Assembly: GCA_032718475.1 (NCBI GenBank) | Contig: JAUCBJ010007446.1 | Location: 1 to 64,000 of the forward strand | DNA: 64,000 nucleotides | Direction: 5' to 3' | Origin: Nemertoderma westbladi | Taxonomy: Eukaryota; Animalia; Xenacoelomorpha | Shown here: piece by piece, positions 1-12,720 of the stretch | Layout of the letters: each line of letters starts with the position of its first letter | Position numbering within the stretch: the stretch's first letter is position 1 | Notes under the pieces: model-generated | Seen by the model: the letters and a program-made list of their open reading frames with translations, nothing else | What the model was told of the DNA's origin: nothing | The model's database searches: none | Program-made: the position numbers and the translations under genes

Positions 1-1482
1 TACGGTGGCTGAATGTGGCCAATTTAATTAATTTTAAAATGGGAAATATAAAAGGAAATTAATGAAATATAATTCCTTAAAACAGGAATTAATCAAATAT
101 AATTCAACCCAAAACAGGAATTAATCAAATATAATTCAACCCAAAACAGGAATTAATCAAATATAATTCAACCCAAAACAGGAATTAATCAAATATAATT
201 CAACCCAAAACAGGAATTAATCAAATATAATTCAACCCAAAACAGGAATTAATCAAATATAATTCAACCCAAAACAGGAATTAATCAAATATAATTCAAC
301 CACAAACAGAATTTAATCAAATATAATTCAACCCAAAACAGGAATTAATCAAATATAATTCAAACATTTTGGAGGGAAATTTAAAATACTGTCTCAGTGC
401 AGTGCAGCAAATTGTCGTTTCCTTTTCAGTCTATCAGTGCAGTACTGCAGTAACGGTTGCCCGTACCTCTGTAAGCTTAGCTGCTTAGTTCTGTGGTTAG
501 TTGTTAATCTTTTAATCACTACTGACTACCAACAGACCGATACGACCTGACTACGGGGAAATCCGGCAGCTTTACCTTACCAATCTTCAGAAAGACCGGT
601 AATTCCGTAGGATTAGTTAGTTCAGTAGTTGTATATAGAACTGTACTGCAGGTGTACTACTAGTATCTGCATGCTGCATTGCAGCTGCATTTTTAAGAAT
701 GCTGTGCCGGCTTGTCGACAAAATTGCGCCGCCACAACTCCCTATCACCCATGACATCATGACATTTTGTACTACCATCATTACGTAGATCGGTAGTCAG
801 TAGTGCTGTAGTGATTAAAAGATTAACAACTAACCACAGAACTAAGCTTACAGAGCTACGGGCAACCGTTACTGCAGTACTGCACTGATAGACTGAAAAG
901 GAAACTGACAATTTGCTGCACTGCACTGAGACAGTATTTTAAATTTCCCTCCAAAATGTTTGAATTATATTTGATTAATTCCTGTTTTGGGTTGAATTAT
1001 ATTTGATTAATTCCTGTTTTGGGTTGAATTATATTTGATTAATTCCTGTTTTGGGTTGAATTATATTTGATTAATTCCTGTTTTGGGTTGAATTATATTT
1101 GATTAATTCCTGTTTTGGGTTGAATTATATTTGATTAATTCCTGTTTTGGGTTGAATTATATTTGATTAATTCCTGTTTTGGGTTGAATTATATTTGATT
1201 AATTCCTGTTTTGGGTTGAATTATATTTGATTAATTCCTGTTTTGGGTTGAATTATATTTGATTAATTCCTGTTTTGGGTTGAATTATATTTGATTAATT
1301 CCTGTTTTGGGTTGAATTATATTTGATTAATTCCTGTTTTGGGTTGAATTATATTTGATTAATTCCTGTTTTGGGTTGAATTATATTTGATTAATTCCTG
1401 TTTTAAGGAATTATATTTCATTAATTTCCTTTTATATTTCCCATTTTAAAATTAATTAAATTGGCCACATTCAGCCACCGTA
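1..1482. repeat. Long imperfect inverted repeat (foldback-like): left arm ~1-530, right arm ~792-1482; each arm holds a 32-bp tandem array (~9 vs ~14 copies)
   Basis: 1-42 (tacggtggctgaatgtggcc...) is the reverse complement of 1441-1482. The unit aaaacaggaattaatcaaatataattcaaccc is inverted in the right arm. The arms differ by small indels and substitutions. The left arm may extend beyond the window start. Confidence 0.92.
656..759 (-). mobile_element. 3'-terminal fragment of RTE-like LINE family A, in the spacer of the inverted repeat
   Basis: Reverse complement matches 2517-2617 (atgtcatgggtgatagggagttgtggcggcgc...gcagcatgc) and ends in a TAGTAG tail. Confidence 0.9.
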
Positions 1483-1899
1483 AATTTCCCTCTATAATGT
1501 GCGGATGACAACGACAAAGAGCAGCCCTGTTTTTAACATCTTGGCGCAGCTATACAAAGTCGTTCAACTGGTCTGCTCTTGGGGTTATTTGGTGTCAGTA
1601 TCAGACTACATAAAACAGTAATCTTTCCAATGAGATCATACTGGTCCAGGAATCGTTAATAGTTACGCCAGAACAGATATTTATTAATTATATCGAATTA
1701 GTATGTCAGTAATTTATCCATTAATAACTACAAATGAATATTATTATCATTTTATCTACATAATATATTTCAGCCTAATATATCATATATCACATATATA
1801 TATTTCAGCAATGTGATATTAAGTAATATAAAGTGGCACAAAGCCGGGTTTATATACTTTCTCCGTCACACTGAAATTTGAAAAAGACGTGCTAGCAGA

Positions 1900-2617
1900 A
1901 CAATGAAATCTGCCTTGCCGCGGCATGACTGGTCCTCTCTGTTGCAACAGCCAAGTGTGAGATCCAGTTTCACACCACAGCTGAGCAACAGGTATAAGGT
2001 TCTCTGAGGCGGCAGATCACTGCATGGGCTATACTGCCTTCACAGAAACAGTTAAGTTAGCAGCTGCAGAAACAGGACAGCCTTGAATTGGCTTTCCAGG
2101 ATTTGGAAGTCACCGATAATTAATCGGAAACTTAAGGTCCGATTATTTAGAGCAGCAGTAGTTCCAGTACTCCTCTATGGGAGTCCATGCTGGGCTCTAA
2201 CTGCTGAGGACACCAAATCTCTGGATGGTACATTCACAAGAATGCTACGCCGGGTTCATTGTGTCAAGTACAATGCACACATCTCCAACCAGACACTATA
2301 TAACATTGGAGGTGTCTCTTTGGTTCCCCCAAGCTTGACACTAGAACAAAATTGCCTCCGCTTTGCAGGACATTGCTTTCGCCATGAGGACCAGCCAGTG
2401 CATAATCTTGTACTTTGACAGCCTCATGGAGTGAATAAGCATGGTGGACAGCCCATGACTTTCTTGAGACGCATCTTAAAGGACACTGGCCTTGAAGATG
2501 CGGATGATCTAGCAAATGTCATGGGTGATAGGGAGTTGTGGCGGCGCAATTTTGTCGACAAGCCGGCACAGCATTCTTAAAAATGCAGCTGCAATGCAGC
2601 ATGCCGATCCTAGTAGT
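1900..2617 (+). mobile_element. Degenerate, internally deleted non-LTR retrotransposon (RTE-like family A), RT C-terminal region and 3' end
   Basis: Translation NRKLKVRLFRAAVVPVLLYGSPCWALT...LDGTFTRMLRRV...LRFAGHCFRH resembles the RTE/RTEX RT thumb and C-terminus. Premature stop at 2418, TAG-repeat tail, near-identical copies at 6.2 kb and 27.9 kb. The 5' boundary is approximate. Confidence 0.85.
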
Positions 2618-2839
2618 GAAACTCACTGAAAATTCGTCACAGCCGTCATTACTGAAAACATTAAGGAAACTGATTTCAAAATTGCAATCCCGATCCCGAA
2701 AATCGTGATCCCGAAAAAAACAATCCCGATCCCAGAAATCCCGCAAAGTCTGATCTCGTTTAAACACAACCACTTTGTTTAACGAAGAATTATTTATCCA
2801 AACTTAAATTTGATATAATACATATATATTACATTTACG

Positions 2840-3142
2840 AAACCCGAAGGTTTCTCCCCATTGGCTGTTCCCTTACCTTAGAAACACGAAGATTCCTCCC
2901 CATTGGCTGTTCCCTTATTTAGAAACACGAAAGTTCCTCCCCATTATTGGCTGTTCCTGTTCCCTTACCTTAGAAACACGATGGTTCCGCCGCATTGGCT
3001 GTTCCCTTACCTTAGAAACACGAATAAACCCCCCCATTGGCTATTCGCTTATCTTATAAACATATTTGAAGGTTCCAACCCATTGGCTGTTCCCTTGCCT
3101 TAGAAACACGAATAAACCTCCCCATTGGCTGTTCCCTTACCT
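2840..3142. repeat. Diverged ~42-bp minisatellite (~7 copies) just inside the intron after the large M13 exon
   Basis: Recurrent cccattggctgttcccttaccttagaaacacg; on the minus strand most units carry AAG|GTAAGG. Confidence 0.9.
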
Positions 3143-3183
3143 TTTGTATCAACAAAATCGATTTATATATCCAACAAACTCAC

Positions 3184-4918
3184 CTCTGTTATTTAGCCCT
3201 TGGAACACAGCGTCGGCGATCTGGATTCCCAAAGCGCCGTACGACAAATACAACGGATTGTCTCCAGTAAAAACATCGTAGTTCAGTATGTGAGCAGGTA
3301 ACACGACGGTGCTCATCCACTGAGCATAGTTCACTCCGGGAGTGCTCGGCTCAAGTTCAGGGGGCCACTCGCCCGGTCTCCTAGGGACAGACAATCTGTC
3401 GTACATCATACGCACCCTAGTGGCTACTCTGAGAATCTCTTTATTCCGGTAGAATTGATCAGCAACCAATGTAATATCTTCGAACCGGTGCACAAATCGA
3501 GTGGAGTCGTTGAATATATCCGGGTATCCGTTGATTAAACCAACACAATCGGTTTTGTCTTTCGCTTTTACTTTGAGTTCATCATCCATCCACGTAGTTT
3601 CCCCGACAACGTCTTGGACGGCGGATTTTATGTTCCCAAACATAGAAGATATCGCTGATTCTCCTTGGAATCTTTGGGAAGTCATTAAGAGATAGGCGGT
3701 TGCCATCGGTAGAGTTTGCATCGTCTGGTCTAGACAGTGGTTGTCGAGGGTTTCTATGGTACCAGCGGACAGTATTCGGTTGACAAACAGACTCCAATGA
3801 TGGAAGTATTTTTCGTTGAGATCAGGGAGAGATTCTACTGCGAGAGTGAGGTAGAGGAATTTTCTAAGTGTCAACTCGAGATTAACGGTATTGTTGTTCT
3901 TGGAGAGTTTGGTGAATATGTTATTAAGAGCTTGGAAGTATTTCGGTTGTGGGAAGTTCACTTGGAAAGAGTAGTCAACGTGATTTGGAAGTAAACCTCT
4001 AAGCAGTTGGATCCAATTAATTCCCAGATCCTTAGTTAAATTAATAACATCACCTACAGTAACTATGTTAAATGCTTTATTCAGGTGATCAACAGGAATC
4101 TCTTCCAGAGCTGTTGCGATGTTGAACACCATGTTGAACACGTCTAGAGCTTGTTGTTTTAGGGCGATTTGTTCGCTATACCCGAATTGTTGAGCTGTGT
4201 ACTCTAAGAACTCAACTACCTCGTCTTTCCTGAAGAAACCCAGAATCATGTTTGATACTATGTTGTTACTGTAACCATGGTCACTGATGTCGATACTGAG
4301 CAGCGGGAATTTTGGTTGGCGGATGTTGACGAGGTATCCTGTGGGATTGCTGTAATCCGATATCACCTCTATAATGAATAAAGGGAATCTCGCGTGATCG
4401 CGAATCAGACGGAGAAGGGTGTCCGTGAGGTCCCAGGTGGGGTCGGGTTCCGGGTTGAGTAGGTTCAGGTTGCCAAGGATATCGTTGAGAAGGTCCAAAG
4501 CAGGACTGATAGTGATCTCATCACGTGCAGTCTTATTGGTGCAGCTTTGAAACAAAGTCCTTGCCAAACGCGAAGGTAAGTTTGTCTGATATTGAATTGG
4601 TTTGTGCAATAAGTATATTAGTTTATCCCGCATTATATTGGCACCAATAACTTGGGGTCGAGGGGTGTTGAATGGAGTTCTACCGCACGCGAATTCGTAG
4701 AAATCGACGCATGGGTCAACCGTTCTATTCATATTGGTGTAGAGTCGATTAGCCAATCGGATAGTGTGTAGAGAGCCGGAGTATGTTGTGGTCTTCTTTG
4801 GTTGTTTATTTTGGCTAATCAAAGTGACAATGGTGATGAAACTAAATATAAAACCAACGGCGATGGATATCAATAATACCTTCTCCAACATCGTCCTTAC
4901 GTTCCAACTACCCTTTAC
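3184..4918 (-). CDS. Neprilysin/M13 peptidase-like protein, exon 3 (TM anchor and most of the ectodomain); probably catalytically inactive
   Basis: Acceptor ttttttccag|GTAAAG in frame with ORF 3149-4891. TM segment VLLISIAVGFIFSFITIVTLI. M13 motifs MNRTVDPCVDFYEFACG, WMDDELKVKAKDK and INGYPD. LSYGALGIQIADAVFQGLNNRG aligns with neprilysin [22 protein letters not shown]. Donor AACAGAG|GTGAGT at 3184. Downstream exons not identified. Confidence 0.88.
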
Positions 4919-5181
4919 CTGGAAAAAATAAGCCGTTGTTTATCGTCTGTTTAACCTAAACAGGATGACAAAATTGATAATCAGAAATAAATTAAATATC
5001 GTTAATTTATATTTTACTGTCTCATCAGTTAATCCCCACGCATCCAAAATGTGTAAAGCAAACTTAAAATGATACAGTAGGTGTAATGCAAACTTTAAGA
5101 AAAGTATTGCTGTATTAGACATTAAATATAAATCGATAATCCTTGATAAACCGAATATTATAAATAGTAAGCGAAACGAGA

Positions 5182-6860
5182 CAGCTGCAATCACAGTAAC
5201 ATGTTTAAACCCCTAAGCCACCACCGGTACCCAGCTGCAATCACAGTAACATGTTTAAACCCCTAAGCCACCACCGGTACTCAGCTGCAATCACATAGTA
5301 ACATATTTAAACCCCTAAGCCACCACAGGTACTCAGCTGCAATCACAGTAACATGTTTAAACCCCTAAGCCACCACCGGTACTCAGCTGCAATCACAGTA
5401 ACATGTTTAAACCCCTAAGCCACCACCGGTACTCAGCTGCAATCACATAGTAACATATTTAAACCCCTAAGCCACCACAGGTACTCAGCTGCAATCACAG
5501 TAACATGTTTAAACCCCTAAGCCACCACCGGTACTCAGCTGCAATCATATAGTAACATATTTAAACCCCTAAGCCACTACCGGTACACAGCTGCAATCAC
5601 ATAGTAACATGTTTAAACCCCTAAGCCACCAACCACCGGTACTCAGCTGCAATCACATAGTAACATGTTTAAACCCTTAAGCCACTACCGGTACTCAGCT
5701 GCAATCACAACATGTTTAAACCCCTAAGCCAATACCAGTATTCAGCTGCAATCACATAGTAACGTGTTTAAACCCCTAAGCCGCTACCGGTACTCAGCTG
5801 CAATCACAACATGCTTAAACCCCTAAGCCACCACCGGTACTCAGCTGCAATCACATGTTTACATGGTAACATGTTTAAACCCCTAAGCCACCACCGGTAC
5901 TCAGCTGCAATCACATATTAACATGTTTAAACCCCTAAGCCACTACCAGTACTCAGCTTCAATCACATAGTAACATGTTTAAACCCCCAAGCCAATACCG
6001 GCACTCAGCTGCAATCACATAGTAACATGTTTAAACCCCTAAGGCTAAGCCAATACCGGTACTCAGCTGCAATCACATAGTAACATGTTTAAACCCCTAA
6101 GCCACCACCGGTACTCAGCTGCAATCACATACTGTAGTAACATGTTTAAACCCCTAAGCCACTACCGGTACTCAGCTGCAATCACATGTTTAAACCCCCA
6201 AGCCAATACCGGTACTCAGTGTAATACGTACGTCGAATACGTAAGGGAAAGGCATGGGCAGCCTTGAATAGGCTTTCCAGGATTTGGAAGTCACCGAGAA
6301 TTAATCGGAAACTTAAGGTCCGATTATTTAGAGCAGCAGTAGTTCCAGTACTCCTCTATGGGAGTCCATGCTGGGCTCAAACTGCTGAGGACACCAAATC
6401 TCTGGATGGCACATTCACAAGAATGCTACGTCGGGTTCATTGTGTCAAGAACAATGCACACATCTCCAACCAGACACTATATAACATTGGAGGTGTCTCA
6501 TTGGTTCCCCCAAGCCTGACACTAGAACAAAATCGCCTCCGCTTTGCAGGACATTGCTTTCGCCATGAGGACCAGCCATTGCATAATCTTGTACTTTGGC
6601 AGCCTCATGGAGTGAATAAGCATGGTGGACAGCCCATGACTTTCTTGAGACGCATCTTAAAGGACACTGGCCTTGAAGATGCGGATGATCTAGCAAATGT
6701 CATGCGGGTGATAGGGAGTTGTGGTGGCGCAATTTTGTCGACAAGCCGACACAGCATTCTTAAAAATGCAGCTGCAATGCAGCATGCTGATCTTAGTAGT
6801 AGGTACTCAGCTTCAATCACATAGTAACATGTTTAAACCCCTAAGCCACCACCGGTACTC
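5182..6860. repeat. 50-52-bp intronic minisatellite (~20 copies), interrupted by a LINE at 6220-6801
   Basis: Unit cagctgcaatcac(at)agtaacatgtttaaacccctaagccaccaccggtact; the array resumes at 6802-6860. Confidence 0.95.
6220..6801 (+). mobile_element. 5'-truncated RTE-like LINE (family A) with a 9-bp target-site duplication
   Basis: ORF 6264-6824 encodes the RT C-terminus; TAGTAGTA tail; ggtactcag at both 6211-6219 and 6802-6810. Confidence 0.9.
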
Positions 6861-6867
6861 TACTAAC

Positions 6868-7059
6868 TCGAGACAAAGGTTTCTGCCAGTCGATATTCAC
6901 ATTGAAACGCAATCTTGAACCGCATGACTTGTTGTTATCCGTCTCCATAGTTACGACTGTGTCTTTCTTTATCACCGAGAACTTTACATTCCCGTTTGGA
7001 TGCCCGTTCCCAATCTCCGTAGAGAGAGGCGTAGCTTCAGTGATTTCTGAATCTATTAG
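6868..7059 (-). CDS. M13-like gene exon 2 (cytoplasmic N-terminus, LIDSEI...WQKPLSR)
   Basis: tttttttcag acceptor, GTTAGT donor, 192 nt, phase 0-0; joins in frame to VKGSWNVRTMLEK of exon 3. Confidence 0.72.
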
Positions 7060-7355
7060 CTGAAAAAAACGTTTAAAGACAATAAATTTTATGTATTTAA
7101 ATAGTATATTTATTACAGGGTAGGGTATAACTATCAATACCAAAGCTTTGAAAGTTTCAATATACAACAGCCATTGTTCGTAGAATGGAGTGTGTCAGTG
7201 ATGTTAATGTCAATAGTGTGAAGGTTCAGATAACATATCAATGACGCCATGGACTCACTAATAACTCATTATGTTTCTTTATTGACACAGCACGAGCACA
7301 CTATCTGTAAGACCATGCGAATCCTAGTTTTAGACTCCCTAGCTACTACACTCAC

Positions 7356-7547
7356 CTCATCTATTTTATCATGCTCTTCTTCTTTAACTATAGTTTCCGC
7401 CTCTTTATCCACCCTCTCTTTAACCGATATATTAACCTTCTCTACATTAATCAGGTCAGTTTCTTTTGAATCAACTTCTCTTAAACTCGACTTGGAATTA
7501 TATTTATCGTCTTCTATTAAATCAGTTTGGCTGTCAGTCGCGTCCAT
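7356..7547 (-). CDS. M13-like gene exon 1 (acidic N-terminus MDATDSQ...DKIDE)
   Basis: ATG at 7547; strong donor GAG|GTGAGT at 7356; 192 nt, phase 0, compatible with exon 2. Confidence 0.68.
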
Positions 7548-9935
7548 CTTTATATTAATACTCGTTCAATATAAAACAAATTGTAACAAAGAGCGTATAA
7601 ATAAATATTATATTTTGAATCATACTGCACCCAAATATTTCCACCACCACCTATTTTAAGATGATACGTTAAAACACTTACGGGGTACGTTATTAAGTTT
7701 CAATTTATCTGTCAATAACTATTCGACTCAGTCAGTTATTAACAAGTAAATCGACTGAAAAACCATACTTTAATAAATACTTAAATAATGTTCGAGTATC
7801 TTGATTAAATCATCTGAATATAATCTGAATACGTAGAATGTGATTTACATCTCTTATTTGCATCGTAATAATACAGATTTTACTATACAGTACAATTTTA
7901 ATTAATTATAAAATTATAAATAGTTAACTTTTTCCTTGTAACTAACTTTTCCAACTACAACTCTTTAAAAAACAAACATGATTACTTTCACTTAACCTCA
8001 GTATTCTTTATACCGAAGTTATGCATGCACGTTAGAATGTTAGAGCCTCTTCATATAACAAAAGAGCCAATCTGACAGCCACTGAGCGAACGTTACAACT
8101 CAACTCAATCCAAAGGAGTATGGAAGTTATTTATCGAAAGTTGCAGGGACAGTAAGAAAGAAGAAGGAATGTAGTGTACCCAGGGGTAATGACGCAGAAC
8201 AGGCCTAGCCGTTGTCGGTACAATATACCTGGAGTTATCTTACCATGGATTTATTACTCATCATTTCATCATGTTGGGATCAAATAAGCCCTTCAGTGAA
8301 TGGGAGTGCAGTGAGAGAGATTCCTGGGGTTGTTCATAAAGATAAGGGAATAGCAAGTTTCGGAGCAAGGCCTATTTAGCAATGGAAATACACAGCAGTA
8401 GAGATCAAAGCCAAGTTTAAACTGCAACAACTACAACATACATGACGATAATGGAGATCCTTTTGTAATAATTGTCTATCATGCACTTGTAAAAAAATAT
8501 TCAATAACATTTGAGACATTAATTATATGTGACAACAATTCGTATTCCATAACAATATGCTAATCCGGTACCTTTTAGAAGTATGTGAGAATAAAATTAG
8601 ATTAAATTCGAGCGATAACAAAAAATAATTGAAATATAACCATTGTAAACGCTGCACACTGTAATTATTGCGGATTGCGCATATACATACACTACAGTAG
8701 GTGGTGGCATTATAACAACGAGCTACGTATATGTTTATCTCGGCCAGCATCTAATAATGCTTCTCTCCTACTGGCTGTAAATACAGGCACCCTCCATTCC
8801 TGGGACAAGGACAGGCCGACGGCTAATGATCAATAATAGGCTAGTTTAGAGGCCCACTAAGGTTGTACGGTGAGTCATTGTTGAGGAGGGCCCCTATTAA
8901 CTAGCTAGTTAACGAATGCCGGACGTACCACCCGCTGTCAGCTTCTCTCCCATAGTTCCCATCAACTGGGCCTAACTATGTTAAAGGTAATAAAGTTAAC
9001 AGCAATCCTCGAGGGAGGTAGGTACATTCAGTGTCACTTTCCGATACCAAACAAACAGACGAATGGCATTATTATAATATGAATATGAATATTGTTTAAT
9101 TAATAACGAGCTTGTATCGTTGTGTGACTAAAATCACCTTTAGTGATTTTAAATGCGTTAGCGTTTATACGGCGAGTAAAAAGTATTTCGGGAAAATGCA
9201 GATAACGAAGAGGACAAAAATCCTTCATGTTTGTAAAAGATTTTGTTTTCTTTGAACGATTCACTTTTGAATTTGAACTTAAACGTAATAATTTTTAATT
9301 AATCGATTTTTGAATAATTAGATTTATTGATCTAACTTGATTTATTTATCTAACTTTGCATTGAGATAAGGGGTATAGTGGTAGGGTTTACGAAATTTTA
9401 TAAAGTTATTGAAAATTCTGAAAATATACTCTGTTTTACTGAGACTCGTGCTGCGCGAAGGCCACGAAGTGTTAAGCCGTACAATAGATGATGCTATTCA
9501 ATCGTTATTTTAATATCAGCATAGACTCTTTAAACTCAGTATAGTTTCATTCAGTGTTCACGGTAAGAGCAGGCGCTTTGATAAGACCAATCTGTTTCCT
9601 AAAGGAAAATATTTGGCATTACAAATTATGGACAAAGTTCATATCTTCATTAGAGTAGCAGCCAGACATGACGCAATATAATTACATAATAAATTAGATA
9701 ACATGTTGAGTTTATTTAATCTTCACCCAATAAGGTACCTACCACTAACTTTGTATATAAAACTGTTGTATTTCCGTATTATTAGTTATACTCTATGCCA
9801 TTGCTATGGCTGTGGTTACCAGTTATATACGTATTATACACATTAGTATTTCGTACATTTTCAATTCTTAAAAAAATAATAAAATTATATTAAAAGTACA
9901 GGTAACAACACCATAATAGCTGTTATCTGTTTACC

Positions 9936-11433
9936 ATGAATATTCTAGCATTGTCTAACAAATCGGTTATACCTAACTCGTTCGGTCGTATGCTAACGTT
10001 ACAAGAAATATGTTATACCAGTCTCACTCGCACATTGGCGACATCTATTGTTACTGCGGAGTATAGGAAATTGTTTTATGCTGATTGTAACAACGGAACA
10101 AGCGCTGTTATCTCTAACTGGTTGGGGGTTTTACGACCCCGAATTCGCCTGTCCCTTCGCAAGTATATCCTCCGCTCATATGTACTGTACTAGCATGCGA
10201 TCAACTTCGCCTTATTTATGAGGATGACCATTTACCCACCCCAGATGACGACACCCCAGAAATAACCTTGAGGTACATTATGAAATCCTACAAGGATATA
10301 TTTTTGGGCCAATGCTTCTTCCCTGTTGATATTATTGAAGATAAATTATTGTTAGACGGACAATTTATTCCATGTGATGTAATTTTCATTCTATTAGATT
10401 GGTTACCCATGATGTCTCTAGGATTGAGAGAATTGGATCTGAAAGAATTTGATCGCGAAAACCTTATAAAGCCTTCGACGAGTATTGGTACTGTTAAATT
10501 CCCTCATATCAACGCTCTAAAGAAGAGATTGCTGGCTCTAAAGAAGAGATTGCTGCCTATTATGGGCTATCAGAAGGTTCACTTTTTGAAGTTCCCCCAA
10601 CTCACCACTCTGAGGATGGGAATCACTCGCGAGATCAGTCTCACTACTATCGTGCGATGTTGTCCAAAACTTGAAACATTAAGTATTCCAGGAATTCCCC
10701 TTTTAGGTGTCACGCCTGTCACCTTTCCGGAACTTAAAAAACTTAAAAGATTGAAAACTTTGACCATAACCAGATGTACAATGGCAGTCAATATTTTAAT
10801 CTGATAAATTTACATAAATTATTACCCCATGTTTCTATTATCATTAAAGGAGCAGCATATGATTCAATGGGTTTACTATTGGGTTTAAGTAAACGTGGAG
10901 GAATAAACCCAAAGAAATTCGAGTTTATTGATTTTCATTTAGCTCGTACCCTAGATCTATATAGGCCTGACTTTGCTAACCCATTTCTAGACTTCATACT
11001 CCCCCAGTGCAAGGATACAGTTGAGGAAATTAGCTTAAATATGATTTGGCAGTGTCCAGATCAATCAGAAGAATTACATATAATATTCGATCAAATACAG
11101 CGATTTACCAACTTAAAGGAGTTAAAATTTTATAATCTCAAAATTGGAGTTATTCCGGAAGCTGTAAACAAAGAAATTACATTACCGCAGATCATTCGAG
11201 TGAAATTTGTAGATTGCGGTGTTTCATCGGTTGATTTAGGTAATATGTTCCCTAATTTAAAGGAATTGAATCTCGCCAATATTACATTAGATGTTGAATA
11301 TGACAAAATACCAGCAATGAGATCTGTAGAAACCCTTACGCTACTGCGTGTGAGAACGAGTTTTATGTCTCTTTTAAAGACCCTACTAAGCTTCCCCAGG
11401 TTGACTAATCTCACAGTCACCCCATTTTCATGA
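9936..11433 (+). pseudogene. Intronless, frameshifted leucine-rich-repeat gene with a BC-box-like N-terminus
   Basis: Three consecutive ORFs (9936-10193, 10268-10804, 10774-11433) with LRR motifs (CPKLETLSI, LKRLKTLTI, FTNLKELKF, FPNLKELNL, FPRLTNLTV). LTLQEIC resembles an elongin BC-box. Removing a duplicated tgtac at ~10181-10190 fuses ORF1 and ORF2 in frame. Confidence 0.72.
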
Positions 11434-12720
11434 TGATGAACTGACAGAGACTTAAGAAGATATTCTACGCAATGTTTTTATTTGCTTTAGAAAACCCCGT
11501 TTAAGGATTGAGGGAGAGGTTTACAGATCAGTGGTCATGTAATGGGAAACGAAAGGTTTATATGTGATAATACGGAATCGGTATGTAAAGAATTATCGAC
11601 CAGATTAAAACGAAATAATAACTCAACTATGCCCATAATTATTTACTTGTAAATATTTAACAGTAAAATTGACTTTGTATTTTATTTCATTCCAAGATTG
11701 TAACATTAAGAAACACCGGACTGATAAAAAGAAATGCCGATGAACTTTTGTAGTTGAAAAGTGCTGTTTGCACCGAATTTTAGAAACAACCATTAATATT
11801 GGCCATTTTATTTATAAAGATAATTATAAATTAACTTTACCTTAAGGAAATAATTATAATAATTCAAATATAATCATATAATATATAAATGGAAATACTT
11901 TTTTTTGCTACAGTAATAATGTTATCATATAAGATTATATGGATTATTACGTTGTTGGATTAATTTGCCTGTGATTTCTACAGTATTATAGGGCTTACTG
12001 CAAACTATAAACTTAAACTTTATTTATACATTCATTAATTATAAGTATTTTTCTCATAAGTACATATACTGTAATAGTGAACATAAATAATTGAAATTGT
12101 AACTTCTTATTTTGTTAAATTTTATATTTTATAATTATAATTAGTTATTGGTTTCTTTAATTAGGAGCCCGCTCGACAGCGGGATACTTACTGTAAAAAT
12201 CTCAGGTCATATAACACTGACTCACTCACGCACTGACTCACTCACTGATAATAATCCAGATTCAGGCACTTCCTGCCTGGTGTTTATGATGAAATTTTGC
12301 ATGTCCATTGCTTTGGTGGTTTCGCGTTACAAAATTTCAGATCGATTCTATGTGTGGTATTCGATATATTTCGTTTTTTTACATTATTTTGTCGTGAAAT
12401 AAAATGTATTTAGACATTCATTGACAGCTGTGGCAAAGGAATACATAGAGAGGTGGCTTTAGGAGTATTATTGGGCGGGCCTGAACCAATCGAATACATC
12501 AAAGGATTAATTAATTAATTAATTAGAAAAGTAAGCAAGCTGGCGATAATAAGACCGGCCATAGACAAACATAGTGTAGTTGGTTCCCTCCCCATTGCAC
12601 ATGCACAGCTTGCTTACATTCTGAGAGAGAAATCCCAGCCCCTAAATGTCATTATGAACCAAATATTTGAACGACCCTTTGCTTATAATTCAATCAGCTG
12701 GTCCACCAGCTAACTTAAAA

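Noticed and set aside
2627-2651. 25-nt candidate next exon of the M13-like gene (ttttcag|...|gtgagt, minus strand)
   Set aside because: Good splice signals, but too short to confirm M13 homology and no downstream partner exon found; left unannotated.
3149-3183. ORF-track C-terminus EFVGYINRFC* of the M13-like protein
   Set aside because: Probably intron read-through past the GTGAGT donor at 3183; M13 proteins normally continue well beyond this motif.
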